A DNA stretch of 32,000 nucleotides from an uncultured archaeon (GTDB taxonomy: Archaea; Iainarchaeota; Iainarchaeia; Iainarchaeales; 0-14-0-20-30-16), in the NCBI GenBank assembly GCA_964480435.1, contig CAYZSS010000001.1:4047-36046 (forward strand), in the 5' to 3' direction. The stretch's first letter is position 1. Every line of letters starts with the position of its first letter. Below the pieces are notes generated by a model, which was given only the letters and a program-made list of their open reading frames with translations, searched no databases and was not told where the DNA came from. Both the position numbers and the translations under genes were made by a program. Positions 1 through 8,378 of this stretch are shown piece after piece.

Positions 1-233
1 GAAGGTATTGACATAATCCCATACTTCAAACTTGTTTTCTGATTCTCATCAACATTTACTTTTGCAAAGCTCAACTTATCTTTAAATTCTGCTGATACTT
101 TCTCAATGTTTGGGCCAAGCATTAAACAAGGCATACACCAAGGTGCCCAAAAATCAACCAAAACATAGTTAGTATTAGATTTTTCTATAACTTCTTCAGT
201 AAAATTAGCATCATTTGCTTCAAAATGTACCAT
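1..233 (-). CDS. trxA: Thioredoxin (C-terminal end cut by window edge)
   Basis: Not in ORF track because it runs off the window. Reverse translation from ATG at 233 gives MVHFEANDANFTEEVIEKSNTNYVLVDFWAPWCMPCLMLGPNIEKVSAEFKDKLSFAKVNVDENQKTSLKYGIMSIP. It has the WCxPC active site. SD-like GAGGTGAT lies 6 nt upstream of the ATG. Confidence 0.8.
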   Translation of the reverse strand, partial: MVHFEANDANFTEEVIEKSNTNYVLVDFWAPWCMPCLMLGPNIEKVSAEFKDKLSFAKVNVDENQKTSLKYGIMSIP

Positions 234-385
234 ATACCATCACCTCATCACTGTATGTGTATCTTATTTGCACAGAGCATTTAAAAAGATTGTTGCAAGA
301 GTGTGTGCTTGTGCGCCATTTCTGCACACTCCTTTTCAAAGCCGAATCACAATAGATATATAAAGGTAAAAGATATATTTTAAAT

Positions 386-1837
386 ATGTTTTTTAGAGTA
401 GGCAAAAATGACCTAAAAGTAATATTTAATTACATAGGCCTACTATTAATGTGGAGTTCTTTAGCTTTTATATTACCTTTAATAATTGTATTAATTTACA
501 ACGAACCAAAGCAAAACTTCTTAGCATATCTTTTTTGTTTTATTATTACAATTATTGTCGGCTATTTAATAAAAACCCAAATAAACCCAGAAAATAAACA
601 AATATCTTTTTCCGTAATACACGCAACCCTTGTAGCTGTAATTTTTTGGATACTGTTTAACATTCTTACATCCTTGCCTTTCATGCTTATAGAAAACATG
701 TCTTTTATTAATTCTTTTTTTGAATCCATTTCAGCAACAACCACAACAGGATTATCGGTAATACACAATTTTGCGCCAATTTCACACAGTATACTTATGT
801 GGCGATCCTTGCTGTCTTGGTTTGGTGGATTGGGCGTTGTTCTATTAGCATTATTAGGTGTTTTAACTACTGCAAAAAATTTTGGATTATTAGCAAAAGC
901 AGAGGGGCATGACTCTCTTGCAACACCGAACCTAAAAAAAACCGTTTTTCTTTTTTGGTACATATATATCAGCATTACTGCTTTAGGAGCGCTAGCATTA
1001 ACTTTTTTTGGAATGAAACTATTTTATGCAATAAATTACGCCATGTCAGCTATATCAACCACAGGAATGGAGTCATCAAATATCGGCTTAATGAGCAACG
1101 GCTTAGGGGTACAAATAATTATTGCTTTTTTAATGGTCTTTGGAGCCACTAGCTTTATTACTCATTATCTTGCAATGAAAAAAAAATCAATAAAAGAATA
1201 TTTCCGTGATTATGAATTTATCTTTTTAATAAGTTTAACTTTTTTTGGTTCAGTTTTACTTGCAATAAAATTAAATTTATTTGATATTTTAGGAATTATT
1301 TCATCAATAATAACTGCTGCTTCCGCCGCAACAGGAGGAGGTTTTCCCAGCGTACCACAAGCAACAATTGCTTTGTGGGGAGAGTTCTTACTAATTATTA
1401 CTATATTTTTAATGTTTATTGGAGGCTCCACAGCATCAACAGCAGGTGGAATAAAAATACACAGGTTTGTTTTATTTTTAAAAACAATAAGCTGGAAAAC
1501 CAAAGAATTATTTCTTCCAAAAAAAGCATATTTTTCCAAAAAATTTCACACAAGACTTGTTAATGATGAAGAAATAAAAAACAATTTATTTTTTATTGGA
1601 ATATATTTATTATTTGTAATTATTACTGCAACAATACTTACTCTTTATGGTTTCAGTTTTATTAAATCTTTATTTGAAACCATGTCCGCCCAAAGCAATG
1701 TAGGACTCTCAGTAGGGATTACAACAGCAACGTTACCGTTATTTCCAAAAATATTACTTATTTTTAACATGATAATTGGGAGATTAGAAATCATACCAAT
1801 ATTTGCATTATTTGGATTATTTTTAAAATTGAGGTGA
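386..1837 (+). CDS. trkH: TrkH/KtrB-family K+ transporter membrane subunit
   Basis: 483 aa polytopic protein with repeated pore-loop glycine motifs (TTTGLS, STTGM, ATGGGF, STAGGIK, QSNVGLS). Immediately followed by trkA. Confidence 0.9.
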   Translation: MFFRVGKNDLKVIFNYIGLLLMWSSLAFILPLIIVLIYNEPKQNFLAYLFCFIITIIVGYLIKTQINPENKQISFSVIHATLVAVIFWILFNILTSLPFMLIENMSFINSFFESISATTTTGLSVIHNFAPISHSILMWRSLLSWFGGLGVVLLALLGVLTTAKNFGLLAKAEGHDSLATPNLKKTVFLFWYIYISITALGALALTFFGMKLFYAINYAMSAISTTGMESSNIGLMSNGLGVQIIIAFLMVFGATSFITHYLAMKKKSIKEYFRDYEFIFLISLTFFGSVLLAIKLNLFDILGIISSIITAASAATGGGFPSVPQATIALWGEFLLIITIFLMFIGGSTASTAGGIKIHRFVLFLKTISWKTKELFLPKKAYFSKKFHTRLVNDEEIKNNLFFIGIYLLFVIITATILTLYGFSFIKSLFETMSAQSNVGLSVGITTATLPLFPKILLIFNMIIGRLEIIPIFALFGLFLKLR

Positions 1838-1843
1838 AAGCAC

Positions 1844-2500
1844 ATGTATTTTATTATAGTTGGTGGAAACAAATTAGCGCAGTTTTTAACAAAAATATTA
1901 TTAGAAGAAGATCATAAAGTAATAGTAATTGAAAAGGACGAAATACTTGCAAAAAAAATAGCTGATGAACAAGATGTAGTAGTCATTATAGATGACCCTA
2001 CAAATCCAAAAGTATTACAAGATGCAGATGTAGATAATGCGGATTGTGTAATTATTCTTACTGACTCAGACGATACAAATTTAGTTACTGCTTTACTGGC
2101 AAAAGAGAATGGTGCAAAAAAAGTAGCAGTAAAGCTTTCAAAAATCTATTACAATGATGAAATTGTTAAAAAATTGGGGGTTGATTTAATTTTACACCCA
2201 GAAGCAATGATGGCAAGTTACACAGCTGAAATGCTAACAAAACCTACTCTAATTGATCTCGCATTTTTTACTAAAGGAGATGCAGAAATTTTAGAATATC
2301 TTGCAAAAGGCAGCGGGCTAATAAATAAAAAAATTAAAGATATCCCTATGCCAAAAAATTCAGTTATATTTGCTTTGCATGACGAGAAAGGAAAATTAGT
2401 AATACCTACTCCAAGCACGATTATAAAAGAAAATTATAAAATATTAATTTTATCTGAAACAGAATCAGTAAAAAATTTGAAAAAAACTTTAGGGGGGTAA
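1844..2500 (+). CDS. trkA: TrkA-type RCK regulatory subunit (TrkA-N plus TrkA-C)
   Basis: 218 aa. N-terminal Rossmann-like segment (FIIVGGNKLAQFL...VIVIEKD) and a C-terminal RCK_C-like segment (EILEY...GKLVIPTPSTIIKENYKILILS). SD GAGGTGA upstream. Paired with trkH. Confidence 0.85.
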   Translation: MYFIIVGGNKLAQFLTKILLEEDHKVIVIEKDEILAKKIADEQDVVVIIDDPTNPKVLQDADVDNADCVIILTDSDDTNLVTALLAKENGAKKVAVKLSKIYYNDEIVKKLGVDLILHPEAMMASYTAEMLTKPTLIDLAFFTKGDAEILEYLAKGSGLINKKIKDIPMPKNSVIFALHDEKGKLVIPTPSTIIKENYKILILSETESVKNLKKTLGG

Positions 2501-2502
2501 CC

Positions 2503-3183
2503 CTATATTTTTTTCACATAGTTTTCTATTTCTTCGTACAAAACAGCACAGCCATTATCTTTTAGAGCATATAATAATGATTTTATTAGATGCGTATCTT
2601 TATTTGTACCATATTGTTTAAAATAATCTTTATTGAATGCATATGCAGTAAGATCAACAGACCTTATTACTTTTACACCCCCAATATATTCTTTAAATTT
2701 AGTTAATTTAGTTTCATCCATATACAAAGTAGTTTTATACCTTTTATCAAGTATGCTTTTAAGCCGTTTGGGGTCGTCAATTAGTTCTCTTGTTATTAAT
2801 TCATCTATGCAAAACAACTTTTTATCTGTTAGCCCAGCAAGAAAAATTATTGATTCTAATTCCCCTTTTTGTAAAATTTGTATTGGGCCATATTTTGTAG
2901 ATAAAATATTGTTTACTAAATCTTCAAAAAAAACATATTCTTTTTCCTGTGGCGGAGTTAATTTTTTTACTCCAAGCAGCCCAGAGTCAATAGAATTTTG
3001 TATTTGTTCTGAACTCCAACCAAACCGATAATTTTTTTCACCAGGGATTATTACTTCATCATAAACCCCCTGAGTAATTAAAAAATTAACTTTTTCTCTT
3101 TTTTTAAGTTCACTCAAAACAGATAATAAATTTATAGAAGTTAATGAAATTATACTGCTTGAATCAAATATTATATCTTTCAT
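2503..3183 (-). CDS. PIN-like domain protein (putative nuclease), function unknown
   Basis: Acidic residues in PIN-like order: IIFDSSSII, KGELESIIFLA, FCIDELITR, IRSVDL. The track start at 3192 is a GTG inside the SD-like GTGAT; ATG at 3183 is preferred. Confidence 0.4.
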   Translation of the reverse strand: MKDIIFDSSSIISLTSINLLSVLSELKKREKVNFLITQGVYDEVIIPGEKNYRFGWSSEQIQNSIDSGLLGVKKLTPPQEKEYVFFEDLVNNILSTKYGPIQILQKGELESIIFLAGLTDKKLFCIDELITRELIDDPKRLKSILDKRYKTTLYMDETKLTKFKEYIGGVKVIRSVDLTAYAFNKDYFKQYGTNKDTHLIKSLLYALKDNGCAVLYEEIENYVKKI

Positions 3184-3255
3184 AAATATCACTTTTTATG
3201 GATCTGTTTTATATTTGTGGAGTTACGAACACAAATTCAAACTTATTCATAAATA

Positions 3256-3807
3256 TCACATAAAAAACTCTTCAATTATTTTTACTTTTGAGTCTATAAC
3301 ATCTTTACCAATATCATAGTTTATTTTGCTGTTGCCTAAGTATCTTACCACTTCAACTCTTTCGGCACCGGTAAGTTCTACTGCTTTATTAATAGTTATT
3401 CCATGTTCATAACAATCTGATGCTTTTTTTACTTTTGATTTTTCTAAAATGTTTTTAAAATAATAATATAAATCTTTATTTTCTATCCTAAAAAGTGATA
3501 TAAAATAATTTATTTCTTTAGGATATTCATCAAGATTCCTTTTTTCTAAAGTATCAAAATAAGCAAGAATAGTTTTTTTATTTTTGTCCCACCTAGGGGA
3601 GTGTATTATGTGGGGTTGAGTCATAATTTTGTAAAGCATATAAGGAAAATACGAAAAATACATTAAGTCCCTATTATTTGACATTATTGCTTCTGAAGAA
3701 ATAGTATTAGATATTTTTTTTAAATTTAAATCATGAGAAACTAAAAAATATTGCTGTATTAAATCAATTGTCTTTTTTCTTTCTAACATAGACAGTAGTT
3801 TAACCAT
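3256..3807 (-). CDS. Hypothetical protein, possible C-terminal helix-turn-helix
   Basis: 183 aa ORF with no recognisable catalytic motif. The C-terminal segment ITINKAVELTGAERVEVVRYLG looks HTH-like. Confidence 0.45.
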   Translation of the reverse strand: MVKLLSMLERKKTIDLIQQYFLVSHDLNLKKISNTISSEAIMSNNRDLMYFSYFPYMLYKIMTQPHIIHSPRWDKNKKTILAYFDTLEKRNLDEYPKEINYFISLFRIENKDLYYYFKNILEKSKVKKASDCYEHGITINKAVELTGAERVEVVRYLGNSKINYDIGKDVIDSKVKIIEEFFM

Positions 3808-3888
3808 ATATAAAATAGGTGTTTAGTTTAAAAAACTTACACTAAAAAACAAAAGAAAACAAGGATATTAAGTTCAAAAATTTAATCC

Positions 3889-4578
3889 TTATATTCTATG
3901 TTGAGGTCTAAATCTTGTTCTATCTACAGAAGCTAATCTGCCAGTTTTAGGGCCTTTAAGTGTTTCATTATATCTTCTTGCACGGTCCCTTAGGACTAAT
4001 TCTTTTATAGGTCTTTGTTTCATCAGCCTAGATTGGATTTCTTTTACTTTCTCATTTACTCTTCTTTCTCTTTCTTGCCTGAACTCAAGCCAATCTTTCT
4101 TTTGAGCAGGATCAGTTAATTTTTGCTCAAAACTCTTGATCTTCCTAACAGCATTAATAATACTCTCAAGTTCAGAAGTATTTGCAGCATTAATTTTATT
4201 ATAAACAGGAACCCAATAATCAGGTAAAGTCTGTAGGTTTATTCTCCCCCTATACAAAGTCATATAAAGAACTATTTCTTTTGGTTCTATATTATATTTT
4301 GTAGAATATAAACCTATTCCTGAAGTAGGCACCCTTTTTCCAAAGATTTTTTTTAATTCTGCTATTTGTTCCTCGTACGCAGATCCTAGAGACTCCTTAG
4401 TTTTGTCTGAGAGCACATCTGGTCTCAAACTTATTTCTTTTTCCGACTCTACTAAGGAAGTCCCAACAAAACCACCAATAAGAGTCCACAGTATTACCGG
4501 CCAGATAGGAAATTTAAAAGAACGCCCCGCGGTTATTTTTGTTCCATAACGATTACGTTTATTATTTCCTAAAGCCAC
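3889..4578 (-). CDS. Hypothetical N-terminally membrane-anchored protein with basic C-terminal tail
   Basis: 229 aa. One hydrophobic helix (FPIWPVILWTLIGGFVGTSLV) and an R/K-rich C-terminus. GTG start is supported by GGTGAT 5 nt upstream. Confidence 0.55.
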   Translation of the reverse strand: MALGNNKRNRYGTKITAGRSFKFPIWPVILWTLIGGFVGTSLVESEKEISLRPDVLSDKTKESLGSAYEEQIAELKKIFGKRVPTSGIGLYSTKYNIEPKEIVLYMTLYRGRINLQTLPDYWVPVYNKINAANTSELESIINAVRKIKSFEQKLTDPAQKKDWLEFRQERERRVNEKVKEIQSRLMKQRPIKELVLRDRARRYNETLKGPKTGRLASVDRTRFRPQHRI

Positions 4579-4634
4579 AAAATATCACCAATAAATATAA
4601 TTTATTATGATATATAAAATTATCTGTAAGAATT

Positions 4635-4642
4635 AAAAAAAA
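4635..4642 (-). terminator. Oligo-T tract (T8 on minus strand) downstream of aCPSF1
   Basis: A8 on the plus strand at 4635-4642, 17 nt after the aCPSF1 stop. Archaeal termination commonly uses oligo-T. A TATA-like TTTTATATAT follows, for the next gene. Confidence 0.35.
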
Positions 4643-4658
4643 GGAAGAATAAGAAGAA

Positions 4659-6560
4659 TTATCTAATTCTTACACATTCTAGATTCTTTGGAGAGGAAGC
4701 ATTTATTCTATACTTTGAAGCAATAAACTTTGCAAAATCTATTGATCCTTCTCCTTCTCCGTGGTTTACTATTATTTTTTTAGGAGGATTAGACAAATTT
4801 CTAATATATGCCAGAAGCTGAGATCTATCACAGTGTCCTGAAAACCCTTCTACTGTATAAACTTCCATATTAATATCAATCTTCTTTAGTTTTGATTCAC
4901 TATCAATAATAGCAACACTTTTCATGCCATTTTGAAGTTTCCTGCCTAATGAACCTTCTCCCTGCCAACCAACAAAGACTATTGCTGATTTTTCATCAAA
5001 AGCCAGCCTATTAAAATACTCCACAGATGGCCCACCAGTCATCATTCCTGAAGTTGCTAATAAAATATTTCCTCTTTCATTAATTATTCTTTCTCTTTCT
5101 TCTCGAGACTCTACTTCCTTAAATAACTCTGAACTAAATGGAGAATTGTTTGTTAATATTCTTTTTTGCACCTGCTCTCTTAAATTTTCTGGATATGCAG
5201 AATGTATTGCATTTATTTCTCTAATAAGTCCATCAATATACACATTTTTTGCTTTTAATTGACCTAGCTTATAATAATTTTCAAGAACAAGCATTACTTC
5301 TTGGCTTCGTCCTACTGCAAAAACAGGGATTAGAACATTACCGCCACGCTCAACAACTTTATTTATTAAATCAATTAATTCGGTTTCTGCATCCTGTCTT
5401 TTTGGCATTGGTGCCTGCTCTTTACCATAAGTACTTTCAATTATAAGAGATTCAACTCTTGGATAATTAACTTCCGGAGGATTAAATAATCTAGTAAATC
5501 CAAATTTAATATCTCCAGAGTAAACAAGATTATGCGCTCCATCCCCTACATGCACATGAACTGAAGAAGATCCCAAAATATGTGCTGCATTATACAAAGT
5601 AATTCTTATATCCGGGCTTACATCTGTAACTTCCCCATATTCTCTTGTTATAACATGCCTAAGTGTTTCATTAATATCTTTTATAGAATAAGGGGGTGTC
5701 CTTCCATCCTTTAGTAAAACATCAATATAATCCTTCTGTAAAACATACATAAGGTCTCTTGTAGCCGCAGTACAATAAACTGGACCAGTATACCCTGCCT
5801 TATACAAATATGGCAGAAATCCGCAGTGATCTAGGTGTGCGTGTGATATTATTACAGCAGACAATTCAGAAATTGGGAAATTTATTGCATCAAGCATAGG
5901 AAATGCATCTTCATTATTTGCAGTATTAACTCCACAATCCAATAATATCTTTGAGTTTGCTGTTTCAAAAAGAGTACAACTTCTTCCTACTTCTCTATAG
6001 CCACCAAAAAAACACACTCTTATCCAATCTTTATTGCTACTTTTTTCTGAATAAATGTCTTTTGCAGTATCCTTAAGAAACTGTTTTCTATCTCTTCCGT
6101 CCCCATAATATTCTTTTCTTATTATCGGGAGTATTTTGCTTTTCATCATTGCCCCTCTAAGAATATTAGGGGTCCACTTTGTTCTTTCTATTATTGCTTT
6201 TGTTGTTGAACCGCCTTTTCCAATTACTAATCCTGGTTTTAGCGCCTCAATTATTACTTCTGAAAAATAAGCATCAAATATAATAGTGGATATTTGGGCG
6301 TCCTGAGGAATTAAAGATAATATTTCTTTTCTGGCTTCCCCAATTTCCATTAAAACAGACTTATCTGCTCTAATATTTACTCTTTTTTTCAAAAGACCAG
6401 CCATTTTTGAAACATATGTTTCCTGCTTGTAAAATTCCTCTGGCTTTTTGGTATATACAGTAATATCAGGCCCTAAAAATTCAACTTTTGTGATTTCCAC
6501 AGTACTGGGCAATGCTTCTCTAATAAGATCTAGAACTTTCTTTTCATCCACTGATAACAC
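4659..6560 (-). CDS. aCPSF1: aCPSF1/FttA-type beta-CASP ribonuclease with N-terminal KH domains
   Basis: 633 aa. KH-like segment LVIGKGGSTTKAI, metallo-beta-lactamase motif ISHAHLDHCG, then a beta-CASP region. Size and architecture are typical of archaeal CPSF1. Confidence 0.9.
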   Translation of the reverse strand: MLSVDEKKVLDLIREALPSTVEITKVEFLGPDITVYTKKPEEFYKQETYVSKMAGLLKKRVNIRADKSVLMEIGEARKEILSLIPQDAQISTIIFDAYFSEVIIEALKPGLVIGKGGSTTKAIIERTKWTPNILRGAMMKSKILPIIRKEYYGDGRDRKQFLKDTAKDIYSEKSSNKDWIRVCFFGGYREVGRSCTLFETANSKILLDCGVNTANNEDAFPMLDAINFPISELSAVIISHAHLDHCGFLPYLYKAGYTGPVYCTAATRDLMYVLQKDYIDVLLKDGRTPPYSIKDINETLRHVITREYGEVTDVSPDIRITLYNAAHILGSSSVHVHVGDGAHNLVYSGDIKFGFTRLFNPPEVNYPRVESLIIESTYGKEQAPMPKRQDAETELIDLINKVVERGGNVLIPVFAVGRSQEVMLVLENYYKLGQLKAKNVYIDGLIREINAIHSAYPENLREQVQKRILTNNSPFSSELFKEVESREERERIINERGNILLATSGMMTGGPSVEYFNRLAFDEKSAIVFVGWQGEGSLGRKLQNGMKSVAIIDSESKLKKIDINMEVYTVEGFSGHCDRSQLLAYIRNLSNPPKKIIVNHGEGEGSIDFAKFIASKYRINASSPKNLECVRIR

Positions 6561-6588
6561 CTAGTAATTAAAAAATTAGAATAAAATT

Positions 6589-7203
6589 TTAATCTAAACT
6601 TCCTTCTTCTAAATTGTTTTTTTCTATAATAATATAATCGATACCGTCTCCACCAGTATAAATATCTTTTTTCTTTGAAGAGTTTATTGCTTTTTCTATT
6701 TGTTCCAATGCTTGTTTTTTGTTAAATTTATCCGAATAGTGTTGCTCTAAATAACCTATTGCAAACATAGACCCTGAACCAAAAGCATTGTATCTGTCTA
6801 CGGACTCTGCACCACCAACCATATCAACATCATATAGTTCTGGTTTTTTGTCATAACCCCCAATTAAAAAGAACGCCATAAAAGGGTGATAACGTGCATA
6901 ATTAAGTAGATTTGAAACATAGCAAGAAATTGCGCTAGTACTCATATTTTTTTCTCTTTCTGTCTCATATAACCTTACCTGACCATCAAGCAATCTTACT
7001 ATTTTCTGGGCATCCCCTAATCCACCCGCAAAACTTATCACAAATTTGTCAGCAATTTTAAATACTTTCTTAGCATTAGTATTTCCTACTACGTTTCCAT
7101 ATGTACTCTGACGATCGGAAGCAAGAATAATAAAATCTTTTCCTTTCCAACCAACAATCGTTGTACCTGTTTTCCCAATAGAGTTTTTATCCATTATGTC
7201 CAC
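6589..7203 (-). CDS. psmB: Proteasome beta subunit
   Basis: 204 aa with propeptide then active-site Thr (GKTG|TTIVGWKG) and an Ntn-hydrolase fold pattern. Start could be GTG 7203 (SD GAGGTG) or ATG 7194. Confidence 0.9.
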   Translation of the reverse strand: MDIMDKNSIGKTGTTIVGWKGKDFIILASDRQSTYGNVVGNTNAKKVFKIADKFVISFAGGLGDAQKIVRLLDGQVRLYETEREKNMSTSAISCYVSNLLNYARYHPFMAFFLIGGYDKKPELYDVDMVGGAESVDRYNAFGSGSMFAIGYLEQHYSDKFNKKQALEQIEKAINSSKKKDIYTGGDGIDYIIIEKNNLEEGSLD

Positions 7204-7238
7204 TAGAACACCTCTAAGAATTTAATAAAAATAGTATA

Positions 7239-7272
7239 ATACCTTTGGGATACAAAAACTATATAAAGGTAT
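7239..7272 (-). terminator. Stem-loop between the RtcA-like gene and psmB
   Basis: ATACCTTT (7239-7246) pairs with AAAGGTAT (7265-7272) across an 18-nt loop. It lies just downstream of the 7281 stop and contains a TATA-like TTTATATAG. Confidence 0.3.
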
Positions 7273-7280
7273 GGCTGGAT

Positions 7281-8300
7281 TCAGTATATCCTTACTACTC
7301 TTGTATCTTTATCGAAATCTATTTTCTTATTAAATAACTTTTCACAAACTATCTTTGCGCAACTAAATTTATCGCTTATTTTATTTATTACAAACTCTGA
7401 TTCTTTTGTTATACAGAAAAAAGGTAAAAGGCTTGCTGCATTTTCAGAGTCAATACTAAAATCTTTAGATAAATAACCAACTATTTTATCCCCTGCTTCT
7501 TTTCCAATCAGGGGTACTGTTTTTTTAACACCGCTTGCACAACCGCACAAAGTAATATTATCATAATATGCCACTAAAGCCATACTTGCTCCTTTGTTTC
7601 TTGCCTGATTCTCAAGATATTTATTTTCTTCTAAAATGAATTTTATCTTTCTTCCGGTTTGAAGAAGTCTTTGCCTGGCATAAGAATAAATTTCATCATT
7701 AACATGTGTTTTATAGCCAGTAGTACAAATGTGCGCTTTTATTGCATCTAAATCCCCTGAGGTTTTTACTTTATAGTTTTTTGGCAGCGCAGTAGAATTA
7801 TTAGTCAATATTAAAGAGCCTTCTTCTTCAAAACCCTTGTTTATAATATCTAAATCATATTTTAAACCCATTTTTTCAAGATAGCTAAAAGTACTATATT
7901 TTATAAATTCAGGAGGTGTCAAGTTATCAAAATCAGTAGGCCCAATAAACCTAATTCTTGTTTTTTCTCCCAAACAAACCAAAGCGGCGGGCAAGATTAT
8001 TTCTGAAATAGAAATGGTATTTTTTACTTTTACAATTTTGTTTCCGCTAACTATTTCCTTAGGTGTTATTTCTAATTCAGTACTTTTTTTTTCAAAACCT
8101 TTAACATCCAAATTACCTATATTGGCAATTACACCACCATAGAGAATGTCTCGCCAACGCATTCCTTCAGGATCTTCATTTTTTCTAAAATTAATTATTT
8201 TAACGGGTACTTTTAAGTACGAAGAAATAGCCAACGTTTGCCTTAGGGCAAAACCTTGCTTTTTTATTTCAATAAAATCAATCTCTATTTGTTTGTTCAT
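7281..8300 (-). CDS. RNA 3'-terminal phosphate cyclase-fold protein (RtcA/Rcl1 family), divergent
   Basis: 339 aa, the RtcA size. Collinear with remembered RtcA blocks: ALRQTLAISSYLKVPVKIINFR, ILPAALVCLGEKTRIRFIGPTDFDNLTPPEFI, SLLPFFCITKESEFV. Expected catalytic motifs appear altered (see findings). Confidence 0.55.
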   Translation of the reverse strand: MNKQIEIDFIEIKKQGFALRQTLAISSYLKVPVKIINFRKNEDPEGMRWRDILYGGVIANIGNLDVKGFEKKSTELEITPKEIVSGNKIVKVKNTISISEIILPAALVCLGEKTRIRFIGPTDFDNLTPPEFIKYSTFSYLEKMGLKYDLDIINKGFEEEGSLILTNNSTALPKNYKVKTSGDLDAIKAHICTTGYKTHVNDEIYSYARQRLLQTGRKIKFILEENKYLENQARNKGASMALVAYYDNITLCGCASGVKKTVPLIGKEAGDKIVGYLSKDFSIDSENAASLLPFFCITKESEFVINKISDKFSCAKIVCEKLFNKKIDFDKDTRVVRIY

Positions 8301-8339
8301 GTAAGTCCCTGATTTTTATAGTTTTTGATACATTTTTTG

Positions 8340-8364
8340 AAAAAATCTATCGTATAAGATACGA
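8340..8364 (-). terminator. Weak hairpin plus T6 downstream of DNA ligase
   Basis: TCGTAT (8350-8355) and ATACGA (8359-8364) with a 3-nt loop. On the minus strand this is followed by TAGATTTTTT. Confidence 0.3.
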
Positions 8365-8378
8365 GGAGAGATCTCTTT

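Noticed and set aside
220-405. 61-aa minus-strand ORF spanning the trx/trkH spacer
   Set aside because: It overlaps the trkH start and the trx start in a different frame. The thioredoxin frame with WCMPC is the real gene.
2503-3807. Classic type II toxin-antitoxin call for the PIN-like gene pair
   Set aside because: Both proteins are much larger than VapBC partners. The genes do not overlap, and no small antitoxin ORF is visible.
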